In this document: piece after piece, positions 1 to 12,200 of the stretch
Position numbering within the stretch: position 1 is the first letter of the stretch
How the letters are laid out: every line of letters begins with the position of its first letter
NCBI RefSeq assembly: GCF_009914755.1
Contig: NC_060939.1
DNA: 64,000 bases
Source of the DNA: the human T2T-CHM13v2.0 reference genome, Homo sapiens
Direction: 5' to 3' (one strand)
The notes under the pieces: generated by a model
What the model was told of the DNA's origin: nothing
Seen by the model: only the letters and a program-made list of their open reading frames with translations
Databases searched by the model: none
Translations under genes and position numbers: made by a program

Positions 1-1774
1 ATGTCTTTCCATAACGATCCATTCCATTCTATTCCTTTCGATTCCATTCCATTCTATTTCATTCCATTCGATTCCCTTCCATTGGACTCCTTTCCATTCG
101 AGTGCATTCCATTCCGTTCCATTTCTTTCCGTTCTGTACGATTCCTACCGTTCGATTTCATTTTGTTCCAGTCCATTCCTTTCGCGTCCATTCCATTCCA
201 TTTCACTCCATTCGATTCCATTCCACTCGATTCCACTTCGTTCCATTTCATTGCATTCCATTCTATTCAACTCTATTGCCTTCCATTCCATTCCATTCGA
301 TTACATTCCATGCGATTCCATTCGAAATCGAATCAATTACATTGCAATCCATTACTATTGAGTCCGTTTTATTCCAGTCCACTGCATTCTGGTCCATTCC
401 ATTTGATTCCATTCCATTCTATTCCATTCCATACAGTTGCATTCCATTGGATTCCATGCTATATCTATAAATTCAATTCGAGACCATTGCTTTTGAGTCC
501 ATTCTATATGATTCCATTCCATTCAAGTCCATTACATTTGGTTCAATTCCATTCCATTCCATTCCCTTCCATTCCATTCCATTTGATATCAATCCATTCG
601 ATTCCATTCCATTCGAGCACATTCCATTCGAGTCCATTCCATTCGATGCCATTCCATTTGATTCTATTCCATTAGTCTCCATTCTATTCCATTAATCTCC
701 ATTCCATTCCATTCTACTCCAACTGATTCCATTTCATTCTATTCCTTTCCATTCCATTTCATTCCATTCCATTCCATTCGTGTCCATTCCACTCCAGTCC
801 ATTCCATTCGTGTCCATTCCATTCCAGTCCATTCCATTTGTGTCCACTGCATTCCATTCCACTCCATTCCATATTATTCCATTACACTCCATTCCATTCT
901 ATTACTTTCATTTCCATTCAATTCCATTCCATTTGATTCCATTCCACTCGGTTTCATTCCATTTGAGTCCACTCCATTCCATTCCATTCCATTCCATTCA
1001 GTTCCATTCCATTCTGTTCCATTCCATTCCGTTCCATTACATTCCATTCCATTCGGTACCATTCCATATTGTTCCATTCGATTCCATTCGAATCCATTCC
1101 ATTCCAGTCCATTCCATTCGATTCCATTCCATTCATTTCAATTCCATTCCATTCCATTCCATTACATTCCACTTGATTCCTCTCCATTCCCTTCCACTGC
1201 ATTCCGTTCGATTCCATTCCATTGCATTGCATTCCATTCCATTGGATTGCATTCCATTCGATTCCATTCCATTCGAATCAATTACATAGCAATCCATTAC
1301 ATTCGAGTCTATTCTCTTCCGTTCCATTCGATTTCGTTCCAATCCATTCGATTCCATTCCATTCGATTCCATTCCATACTATTGCATTCCATTCGATTAC
1401 ATTATATTCGAATAAGTTCCATTCAAGACCATTTCTTTTGAGTCCATTCTATTTGAGTCCATTCCCTTTGATTCCATAACATTTGAGTCCATTCAATTCC
1501 ATTCCTTTCGTTTCCATTCCATTTGATGCCATTCCATTCAATTCTGTTCTACTCGACTCCAATACATTCAATTCCATTCCATCCGATTCCATTACATTCT
1601 TTTCATTTCTTATCCATTTCAAGCCATTCCACTCCATTCCATTCCACTCGTTTCCTTTCCATTCGAGTCCATTCCTCTCCAGTCCATTCCGTTCAATCCA
1701 TTCCATTCCAGTCCATTCCATTCGAGTCCGTTCCATTCCAGTCCATTCCATTCGAGTCAATTCCATTCCATTCG
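1..1774 (+). repeat. First complete ~1.8 kb monomer (reference unit, 1774 bp)
   Basis: ATGTCTTTCCATAACG at 1 recurs at 1775. The unit contains TATAAA (466-471), the palindrome TTGATATCAA (583-592) and KpnI GGTACC (1055-1060). Confidence 0.95.
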
Positions 1775-4700
1775 ATGTCTTTCCATAACGATCCATTCCA
1801 TTCTATTCCTTTCGATTCCATTCCATTCTATTTCATTCCATTCGATTCCCTTCCATTGGACTCCTTTCCATTCGAGTGCATTCCATTCCGTTCCATTTCT
1901 TTCCGTTCTGTACGATTCCTACCGTTCGATTTCATTTTGTTCCAGTCCATTCCTTTCGCGTCCATTCCATTCCATTTCACTCCATTCGATTCCATTCCAT
2001 TCGATTCCATTCTACTCGATTCCACTTCGTTCCATTTCATTGCATTCCATTCTATTCAACTCTATTGCCTTCCATTCCATTCCATTCGATTACATTCCAT
2101 GCGATTCCATTCGAAATCGAATCAATTACATTGAAATTCATTACTATTTAGTCCGTTTTATTCCAGTCCACTGCATTCTGGTCCATTCCATTTGATTCCA
2201 TTCCATTCTATTCCATTCCATACAGTTGCATTCCATTGGATTCCATGCTATATCTATAAATTCAATTCGAGACCATTGCTTTTGAGTCCATTCTATATGA
2301 TTCCATTCCATTCAAGTCCATTACATTTGGTTCAATTCCATTCCATTCCATTCCCTTCCATTCCATTCCATTTGATATCAATCCATTCAATTCCATTCCA
2401 TTCGAGCACATTCCATTCGAGTCCATTCCATTCGATGCCATTCCATTTGATTCTATTCCATTAGTCTCCATTCAATTCCATTAATCTCCATTCCATTCCA
2501 TTCTATTCCAACTGATTCCATTCCATTCTATTCCTTTCCATTCCATTTCATTCCATTCCATTCCATTTCATTCCATTCCATTCCATTCGTGTCCATTCCA
2601 CTCCAGTCCATTCCATTCGTGTCCATTCCATTCCAGTCCATTCCATTTGTGTCCACTGCATTCCATTCCACTCCATTCCATATTATTCCATTACACTCCA
2701 TTCCATTCTATTACTTTCATTTCCATTCAATTCCATTCCATTTGATTCCATTCCACTCGGTTTCATTCCATTTGAGTCCACTCCATTCCATTCCATTCCA
2801 TTCCATTCAGTTCCATTCCATTCTGTTCCATTCCATTCCGTTCCATTCGGTACCATTCCATAGTGTTCCATTCGATTCCACTCGAATCCATTCCATTCCA
2901 GTCCTTTCCATTCGATTCCATTCCATTCATTTCAATTCCATTCCATTCCATTCCATTCCATTCCACTTGATTCCTCTCCATTCCCTTCCACTGCATTCCG
3001 TTCGATTCCATTCCATTGCATTGCATTCCATTCCATTGGATTGCATTCCATTCGATTCCATTCCATTCGAATCAATTACATAGCAATCCATTACATTCGA
3101 GTCTATTCTCTTCCGTTCCATTCGATTTCGTTCCAATCCATTCGATTCCATTCCATTCGATTCCATTCCATACTATTGCATTCCATTCGATTAAATTATA
3201 TTCGAATAAGTTCCATTCAAGACCATTTCTTTTGAGTCCATTCTATTTGAGTCCATTCCCTTTGATTCCATAACATTTGAGTCCATTCAATTCCATTCCT
3301 TTCGTTTCCATTCCATTTGATGCCATTCCATTCAATTCTGTTCTACTCGACTCCAATACATTCAATTCCATTCCATCCGATTCCATTACATTCTTTTCAT
3401 TTCTTATCCATTTCAAGCCATTCCACTCCATTCCATTCCACTCGTTTCCTTTCCATTCGAGTCCATTCCTCTCCAGTCCATTCCGTTCAATCCATTCCAT
3501 TCCAGTCCATTCCATTCGAGTCCGTTCCATTCCATTCGATGTCTTTCCATAACGATCCATTCCATTCTATTCCTTTCGATTCCATTCCATTCTATTTCAT
3601 TCCATTCGATTCCCTTCCATTGGACTCCTTTCCATTCGAGTGCATTCCATTCCGTTCCATTTCTTTCCATTCTGTACGATTCCTACCGTTCGATTTCATT
3701 TTGTTCCAGTCCATTCCTTTCGCGTCCATTCCATTCCATTTCACTCCATTCGATTCCATTCCACTCGATTCCACTTTGTTCCATTTCATTGCATTCCATT
3801 CTATTCAACTCTATTGCCCTCCATTCCATTCCATTCGATTACATTCCATGCGATTCCATTCGAAATCGAATCAATTACATTGCAATCCATTACTATTGAG
3901 TCCGTTTTATTCCAGTCCACTGCATTCTGGTCCATTCCATTTGATTCCATTCCATTCTATTCCATTCCATACAGTTGCATTCCATTGGATTCCATTCTAT
4001 ATCTATAAATTCAATTCGAGACCATTGCTTTTGAGTCCATTCTATATGATTCCATTCCATTCAAGTCCATTACATTTGGTTCAATTCCATTCCATTCCAT
4101 TCCCTTCCATTCCATTCCAGTTGATATCAATCCATTCGATTCCATTCCATTCGAGCACATTCCATTCGAGTCCATTCCATTCGATGCCATTCCATTTGAT
4201 TCTATTCCATTAGTCTCCATTCAATTCCATTAATCTCCATTCCATTCCATTCTACTCCAACTGATTCCATTCCATTCTATTCCTTTCCATTCCATTTCAT
4301 TCCATTCCATTCCATTTCATTCCATTCCATTCCATTCGTGTCCATTCCACTCCAGTCCATTCCATTCGTGTCCATTCCATTCCAGTCCATTCCATTTGTG
4401 TCCACTGCATTCCATTCCACTCCATTCCATATTATTCCATTACACTCCATTCCATTCTATTACTTTCATTTCCATTCAATTCCATTCCATTTGATTCCAT
4501 TCCACTCGGTTTCATTCCATTTGAGTCCACTCCATTCCATTCCATTCCATTCCATTCAGTTCCATTCCATTCTGTTCCATTCCATTCCGTTCCATTACAT
4601 TCCATTCCATTCGGTACCATTCCATATTGTTCCATTCGATTCCATTCGAATCCATTCCATTCCAGTCCATTCCATTCGATTCCATTCCATTCATTTCAAT

Positions 4701-6299
4701 TCCATTCCATTCCATTCCATTCCATTCCATTCCACTTGATTCCTCTCCATTCCCTTCCACTGCATTCCGTTCGATTCCATTCCATTGCATTGCATTCCAT
4801 TCCATTGGATTGCATTCCATTCGATTCCATTCCATTCGAATCAATTACATAGCAATCCATTACATTCGAGTCTATTCTCTTCCGTTCCATTCGATTTCGT
4901 TCCAATCCATTCGATTCCATTCCATTCGATTCCATTCCATACTATTGCATTCCATTCGATTACATTATATTCGAATAAGTTCCATTCAAGACCATTTCTT
5001 TTGAGTCCATTCTATTTGAGTCCATTCCCTTTGATTCCATCACATTTGAGTCCATTCAATTCCATTCCTTTCGTTTCCATTCCATTTGATGCCATTCCAT
5101 TCAATTCTGTTCTACTCGACTCCAATACATTCAATTCCATTCCATCCGATTCCATTACATTCTTTTCATTTCTTATCCATTTCAAGGCATTCCACTCCAT
5201 TCCATTCCACTCGTTTCCTTTCCATTCGAGTCCATTCCTCTCCAGTCCATTCCGTTCAATCCATTCCATTCCAGTCCATTCCATTCGAGTCCGTTCCATT
5301 CCAATCCATTCCATTCGAGTCAATTCCATCCCATTCGATGTCTTTCCATAACGATCCATTCCATTCTATTCCTTTCGATTCCATTCCATTCTATTTCATT
5401 CCATTCGATTCCCTTCCTTTGGACTCCTTTCCATTCGAGTGCATTCCATTCCGTTCCATTTCTTTCCGTTCTGTACGATTCCTACCGTTCGATTTCATTT
5501 TGTTCCAGTCCATTCCTTTCGCGTCCATTCCATTCCATTTCACTCCATTCGATTCCATTCCATTCGATTCCATTCTACTCGATTCCACTTCGTTCCATTT
5601 CATTGCATTCCATTCTATTCAACTCTATTGCCTTCCATTCCATTCCATTCGATTACATTCCATGCGATTCCATTCGAAATCGAATCAATTACATTGAAAT
5701 TCATTACTATTTAGTCCGTTTTATTCCAGTCCACTGCATTCTGGTCCATTCCATTTGATTCCATTCCATTCTATTCCATTCCATACAGTTGCATTCCATT
5801 GGATTCCATGCTATATCTATAAATTCAATTCGAGACCATAGCTTTTGAGTCCATTCTATATGATTCCATTCCATTCAAGTCCATTACATTTGGTTCAATT
5901 CCATTCCATTCCATTCCCTTCCATTCCATTCCAGTTGATATCAATCCATTCGATTCCATTCCATTCGAGCACATTCCATTCGAGTCCATTCCATTCGATG
6001 CCATTCCATTTGATTCTATTCCATTAGTCTCCATTCAATTCCATTAATCTCCATTCCATTCCATTCTACTCCAACTGATTCCATTCCATTCTATTCCTTT
6101 CCATTCCATTTCATTCCATTCCATTCCATTTCATTCCATTCCATTCCACTCGTGTCCATTCCACTCCAGTCCATTCCATTCGTGTCCATTCCATTCCAGT
6201 CCATTCCATTTGTGTCCACTGCATTCCATTCCACTCCATTCCATATTATTCCATTACACTCCATTCCATTCTATTACTTTCATTTCCATTCAATTCCAT

Positions 6300-9200
6300 T
6301 CCATTTGATTCCATTCCACTCGGTTTCATTCCATTTGAGTCCACTCCATTCCATTCCATTCCATTCAGATCCATTACATTCCATTCCATTCGGTACCATT
6401 CCATATTGTTCCATTCGATTCCATTCGAATCCATTCCATTCCAGTCCATTCCATTCGATTCCATTCCATTCATTTCAATTCCATTCCATTCCATTCCATT
6501 ACATTCCACTTGATTCCTCTCCATTCCCTTCCACTGCATTCCGTTCGATTCCATTCCATTGCATTGCATTCCATTCCATTGGATTGCATTCCATTCGATT
6601 CCATTCCATTCGAATCAATTACATAGCAATCCATTACATTCGAGTCTATTCTATTCCGTTCCATTCGATTTTGTTCCAATCCATTCGATTCCATTCCATT
6701 CGATTCCATTCCATACTATTGCATTCCATTCGATTACATTATATTCGAATAAGTTCCATTCAAGACCATTTCTTTTGAGTCCATTCTGAGTCCATTCCCT
6801 TTGATTCCATAACATTTGAGTCCATTCAATTCCATTCCTTTCGTTTCCATTCCATTTGATGCCATTCCATTCAATTCTGTTCTACTCGACTCCAATACAT
6901 TCAATTCCATTCCATCCGATTCCATTACATTCTTTTCATTTCTTATCCATTTCAAGCCATTCCACTCCATTCCATTCCACTCGTTTCCTTTCCATTCGAG
7001 TCCATTCCTCTCCAGTCCATTCCGTTCAATCCATTCCATTCCAGTCCATTCCATTCGAGTCCGTTCCATTCCAGTCCATTCCATTCGAGTCAATTCCATT
7101 CCATTCGATGTCTTTCCATAACGATCCATTCCATTCTATTCCTTTCGATTCCATTCCATTCTATTTCATTCCATTCGATTCCCTTCCATTGGACTCCTTT
7201 CCATTCGAGTGCATTCCATTCCGTTCCATTTCTTTCCGTTCTGTACGATTCCTACCGTTCGATTTCATTTTGTTCCAGTCCATTCCTTTCGCGTCCATTC
7301 CATTCCATTTCACTCCATTCGATTCCATTCCACTCGATTCCACTTCGTTCCATTTCATTGCATTCCATTCTATTCAACTCTATTGCCTTCCATTCCATTC
7401 CATTCGATTACATTCCATGCGATTCCATTCGAAATCGAATCAATTACATTGCAATCCATTACAATTGAGTCCGTTTTATTCCAGTCCACTGCATTCTGGT
7501 CCATTCCATTTGATTCCATTCCATTCTATTCCATTCCATACAGTTGCATTCCTTTGGATTCCATGCTATATATATAAATTCAATTCGAGACCATTGCTTT
7601 TGAGTCCATTCTATATGATTCCATTCCATTCAAGTCCATTACATTTGGTTCAATTCCATTCCATTCCATTCCCTTCCATTCCATTCCAGTTGATATCAAT
7701 CCATTCGATTCCATTCCATTCGAGCACATTCCATTCGAGTCCATTCCATTCGATGCCATTCCATTTGATTCTATTCCATTAGTCTCCATTCAATTCCATT
7801 AATCTCCATTCCATTCCATTCTACTCCAACTGATTCCATTCCATTCTATTCCTTTCCATTCCATTTCATTCCATTCCATTCCATTTCATTCCATTCCATT
7901 CCATTCGTGTCCATTCCACTCCAGTCCATTCCATTCGTGTCCATTCCATTCCAGTCCATTCCATTTGTGTCCACTGCATTCCATTACACTCCATTCCATA
8001 TTATTCCATTACACTCCATTCCATTCTATTACTTTCATTTCCATTCAATTCCATTCCATTTGATTCCATTCCACTCGGTTTCATTCCATTTGAGTCCACT
8101 CCATTCCATTCCATTCCATTCAGTTCCATTACATTCCATTCCATTCGGTACCATTCCATATTGTTCCATTCGATTCCATTCGAATCCATTCCATTCCAGT
8201 CCATTCCATTCGATTCCATTCCATTCATTTCAATTCCATTCCATTCCATTCCATTACATTCCACTTGATTCCTCTCCATTCCCTTCCACTGCATTCCGTT
8301 CGATTCCATTCCATTGCATTGCATTCCATTCCATTGGATTGCATTCCATTCGATTCCATTCCATTCGAATAAATTACATAGCAATCCATTACATTCGAGT
8401 CTATTCTATTCCGTTCCATTCGATTTTGTTCCAATCCATTCGATTCCATTCCATTCGATTCCATTCCATACTATTGCATTCCATTCGATTACATTATATT
8501 CGAATAAGTTCCATTCAAGACCATTTCTTTTGAGTCCATTCTATTTGAGTCCATTCCCTTTGATTCCATAACATTTGAGTCCATTCAATTCCATTCCTTT
8601 CGTTTCCATTCCATTTGATGCCATTCCATTCAATTCTGTTCTACTCGACTCCAATACATTCAATTCCATTCCATCCGATTCCATTACATTCTTTTCATTT
8701 CTTATCCATTTCAAGCCATTCCACTCCATTCCATTCCACTCGTTTCCTTTCCATTCGAGTCCATTCCTCTCCAGTCCATTCCGTTCAATCCATTCCATTC
8801 CAGTCCATTCCATTCGAGTCCGTTCCATTCCAGTGCATTCCATTCGAGTCAATTCCATTCCATTCGATGTCTTTCCATAACGATCCATTCCATTCTATTC
8901 CTTTCGATTCCATTCCATTCTATTTCATTCCATTCGATTCCCTTCCATTGGACTCCTTTCCATTCGAGTGCATTCCATTCCGTTCCATTTCTTTCCGTTC
9001 TGTACGATTCCTACCGTTCGATTTCATTTTGTTCCAGTCCATTCCTTTCGCGTCCATTCCATTCCATTTCACTCCATTCGATTCCATTCCACTCGATTCC
9101 ACTTTGTTCCATTTCATTGCATTCCATTCTATTCAACTCTATTGCCTTCCATTCCATTCCATTCGATTACATTCCATGCGATTCCATTCGAAATCGAATC

Positions 9201-12200
9201 AATTACATTGCAATCCATTACTATTGAGTCCGTTTTATTCCAGTCCACTGCATTCTGGTCCATTCCATTTGATTCCATTCCATTCTATTCCATTCCATAC
9301 AGTTGCATTCCATTGGATTCCATTCTATATCTATAAATTCAATTCGAGACCATTGCTTTTGAGTCCATTCTATATGATTCCATTCCATTCAAGTCCATTA
9401 CATTTGGTTCAATTCCATTCCATTCCATTCCCTTCCATTCCATTCCAGTTGATATCAATCCATTCGATTCCATTCCATTCGAGCACATTCCATTCGAGTC
9501 CATTCCATTCGATGCCATTCCATTTGATTCTATTCCATTAGTCTCCATTCAATTCCCTTAATCTCCATTCCATTCCATTCTACTCCAACTGATTCCATTC
9601 CATTCTATTCCTTTCCATTCCATTTCATTCCATTCCATTCCATTTCATTCCATTCCATTCCATTCGTGTCCATTCCACTCCAGTCCATTCCGTTCGTGTC
9701 CATTCCATTCCAGTCCATTCCATTTGTGTCCACTGCATTCCATTCCACTCCATTCCATATTATTCCATTACACTCCATTCCATTCTATTACTTTCATTTC
9801 CATTCAATTCCATTCCATTTGATTCCATTCCACTCGGTTTCATTCCATTTGAGTCCACTCCATTCCATTCCATTCCATTCCATTCAGTTCCATTCCATTC
9901 TGTTCCATTCCATTCCATTCCATTCGGTACCATTCCATATTGTTCCATTCGATTTCATTCGAATCCATTCCATTCCAGTCCTTTCCATTCGATTCCATTC
10001 CATTCATTTCAATTCCATTCCATTCCATTCCATTCCATTCAACTTGATTCCTCTCCATTCCCTTCCACTGCATTCCGTTCGATTCCATTCCATTGCATTG
10101 CATTCCATTCCATTGAATTGCATTCCATTCGATTCCATTCCATTCGAATCAATTACATAGCAATCCATTACATTCGAGTCTATTCTCTTCCGTTCCATTC
10201 GATTTCGTTCCAATCCATTCGATTCCATTCCATTCGATTCCATTCCATACTATTGCATTCCATTCGATTACATTATATTCGAATAAGTTCCATTCAAGAC
10301 CATTTCTTTTGAGTCCATTCTATTTGAGTCCATTCCCTTTGATTCCATAACATTTGAGTCCATTCAATTCCATTCCTTTCGTTTCCATTCCATTTGATGC
10401 CATTCCATTCAATTCTGTTCTACTCGACTCCAATACATTCAATTCCATTCCATCCGATTCCATTACATTCTTTTCATTTCTTATCCATTTCAAGCCATTC
10501 CACTCCATTCCATTCCACTCGTTTCCTTTCCATTCGAGTCCATTCCTCTCCAGTCCATTCCGTTCAATCCATTCCATTCCAGTCCATTCCATTCGAGTCC
10601 GTTCCATTCCAGTCCATTCCATTCGAGTCAATTCCATTCCATTCGATGTCTTTCCATAACGATCCATTGCATTCTATTCCTTTCGATTCCATTCCATTCT
10701 ATTTCATTCCATTCGATTCCCTTCCATTGGACTCCTTTCCATTCTAGTGCATTCCATTCCGTTCCATTTCTTTCCGTTCTGTACGATTCCTACCGTTCGA
10801 TTTCATTTTGTTCCAGTCCATTCCTTTCGCGTCCATTCCATTCCATTTCACTCCATTCGATTCCATTCCACTCGATTCCACTTTGTTCCATTTCATTGCA
10901 TTCCATTCTATTCAACTCTATTGCCTTCCATTCCATTCCATTCGATTACATTCCATGCGATTCCATTCGAAATCGAATCAATTACATTGCAATCCATTAC
11001 TATTGAGTCCGTTTTATTCCAGTCCACTGCATTCTGGTCCATTCCATTTGATTCCATTCCATTCTATTCCATTCCATACAGTTGCATTCCATTGGATTCC
11101 ATTCTATATCTATAAATTCAATTCGAGACCATTGCTTTTGAGTCCATTCTATATGATTCCATTCCATTCAAGTCCATTACATTTGGTTCAATTCCATTCC
11201 ATTCCATTCCCTTCCATTCCATTCCAGTTGATATCAATCCATTCGATTCCATTCCATTCGAGCACATTCCATTCGAGTCCATTCCATTCGATGCCATTCC
11301 ATTTGATTCTATTCCATTAGTCTCCATTCAATTCCATTAATCTCCATTCCATTCCATTCTACTCCAACTGATTCCATTCCATTCTATTCCTTTCCATTCC
11401 ATTTCATTCCATTCCATTCCATTTCATTCCATTTAATTCCATTCGTGTCCATTCCACTCCAGTCCATTCCATTCGTGTCCATTCCATTCCAGTCCATTCC
11501 ATTTGTGTCCACTGCATTCCATTCCACTCCATTCCATATTATTCCATTACACTCCATTCCATTCTATTACTTTCATTTCCATTCAATTCCATTCCATTTG
11601 ATTCCATTCCACTCGGTTTCATTCCATTTGAGTCCACTCCATTCCATTCCATTCCATTCAGTTCCATTACATTCCATTCCATTCGGTACCATTCCATATT
11701 GTTCCATTCGATTCCATTCGAATCCATTCCATTCCAGTCCATTCCATTCGATTCCATTCCATTCATTTCAATTCCATTCCATTCCATTCCATTACATTCC
11801 ACTTGATTCCTCTCCATTCCCTTCCACTGCATTCCGTTCGATTCCATTCCATTGCATTGCATTCCATTCCATTGGATTGCATTCCATTCGATTCCATTCC
11901 ATTCGAATCAATTACATAGCAATCCATTACATTCGAGTCTATTCTATTCCGTTCCATTCGATTTTGTTCCAATCCATTCGATTCCATTCCATTCGATTCC
12001 ATTCCATACTATTGCATTCCATTCGATTACATTATATTCGAATAAGTTCCATTCAAGACCATTTCTTTTGAGTCCATTCTATTTGAGTCCATTCCCTTTG
12101 ATTCCATAACATTTGAGTCCATTCAATTCCATTCCTTTCGTTTCCATTCCATTTGATGCCATTCCATTCAATTCTGTTCTACTCGACTCCAATACATTCA

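Noticed and set aside
320-1420. Heat-shock elements around TTCGAA words
   Set aside because: I found no canonical nGAAnnTTCnnGAAn spacing; GAA and TTC are separated by 0 or 4 bases, and the GGAAT units are direct rather than inverted repeats.
1-1794. Monomer length as about 10 nucleosome repeats
   Set aside because: A numerical coincidence only. No ~180 bp sub-periodicity is visible and monomer lengths vary from 1624 to 1809 bp.
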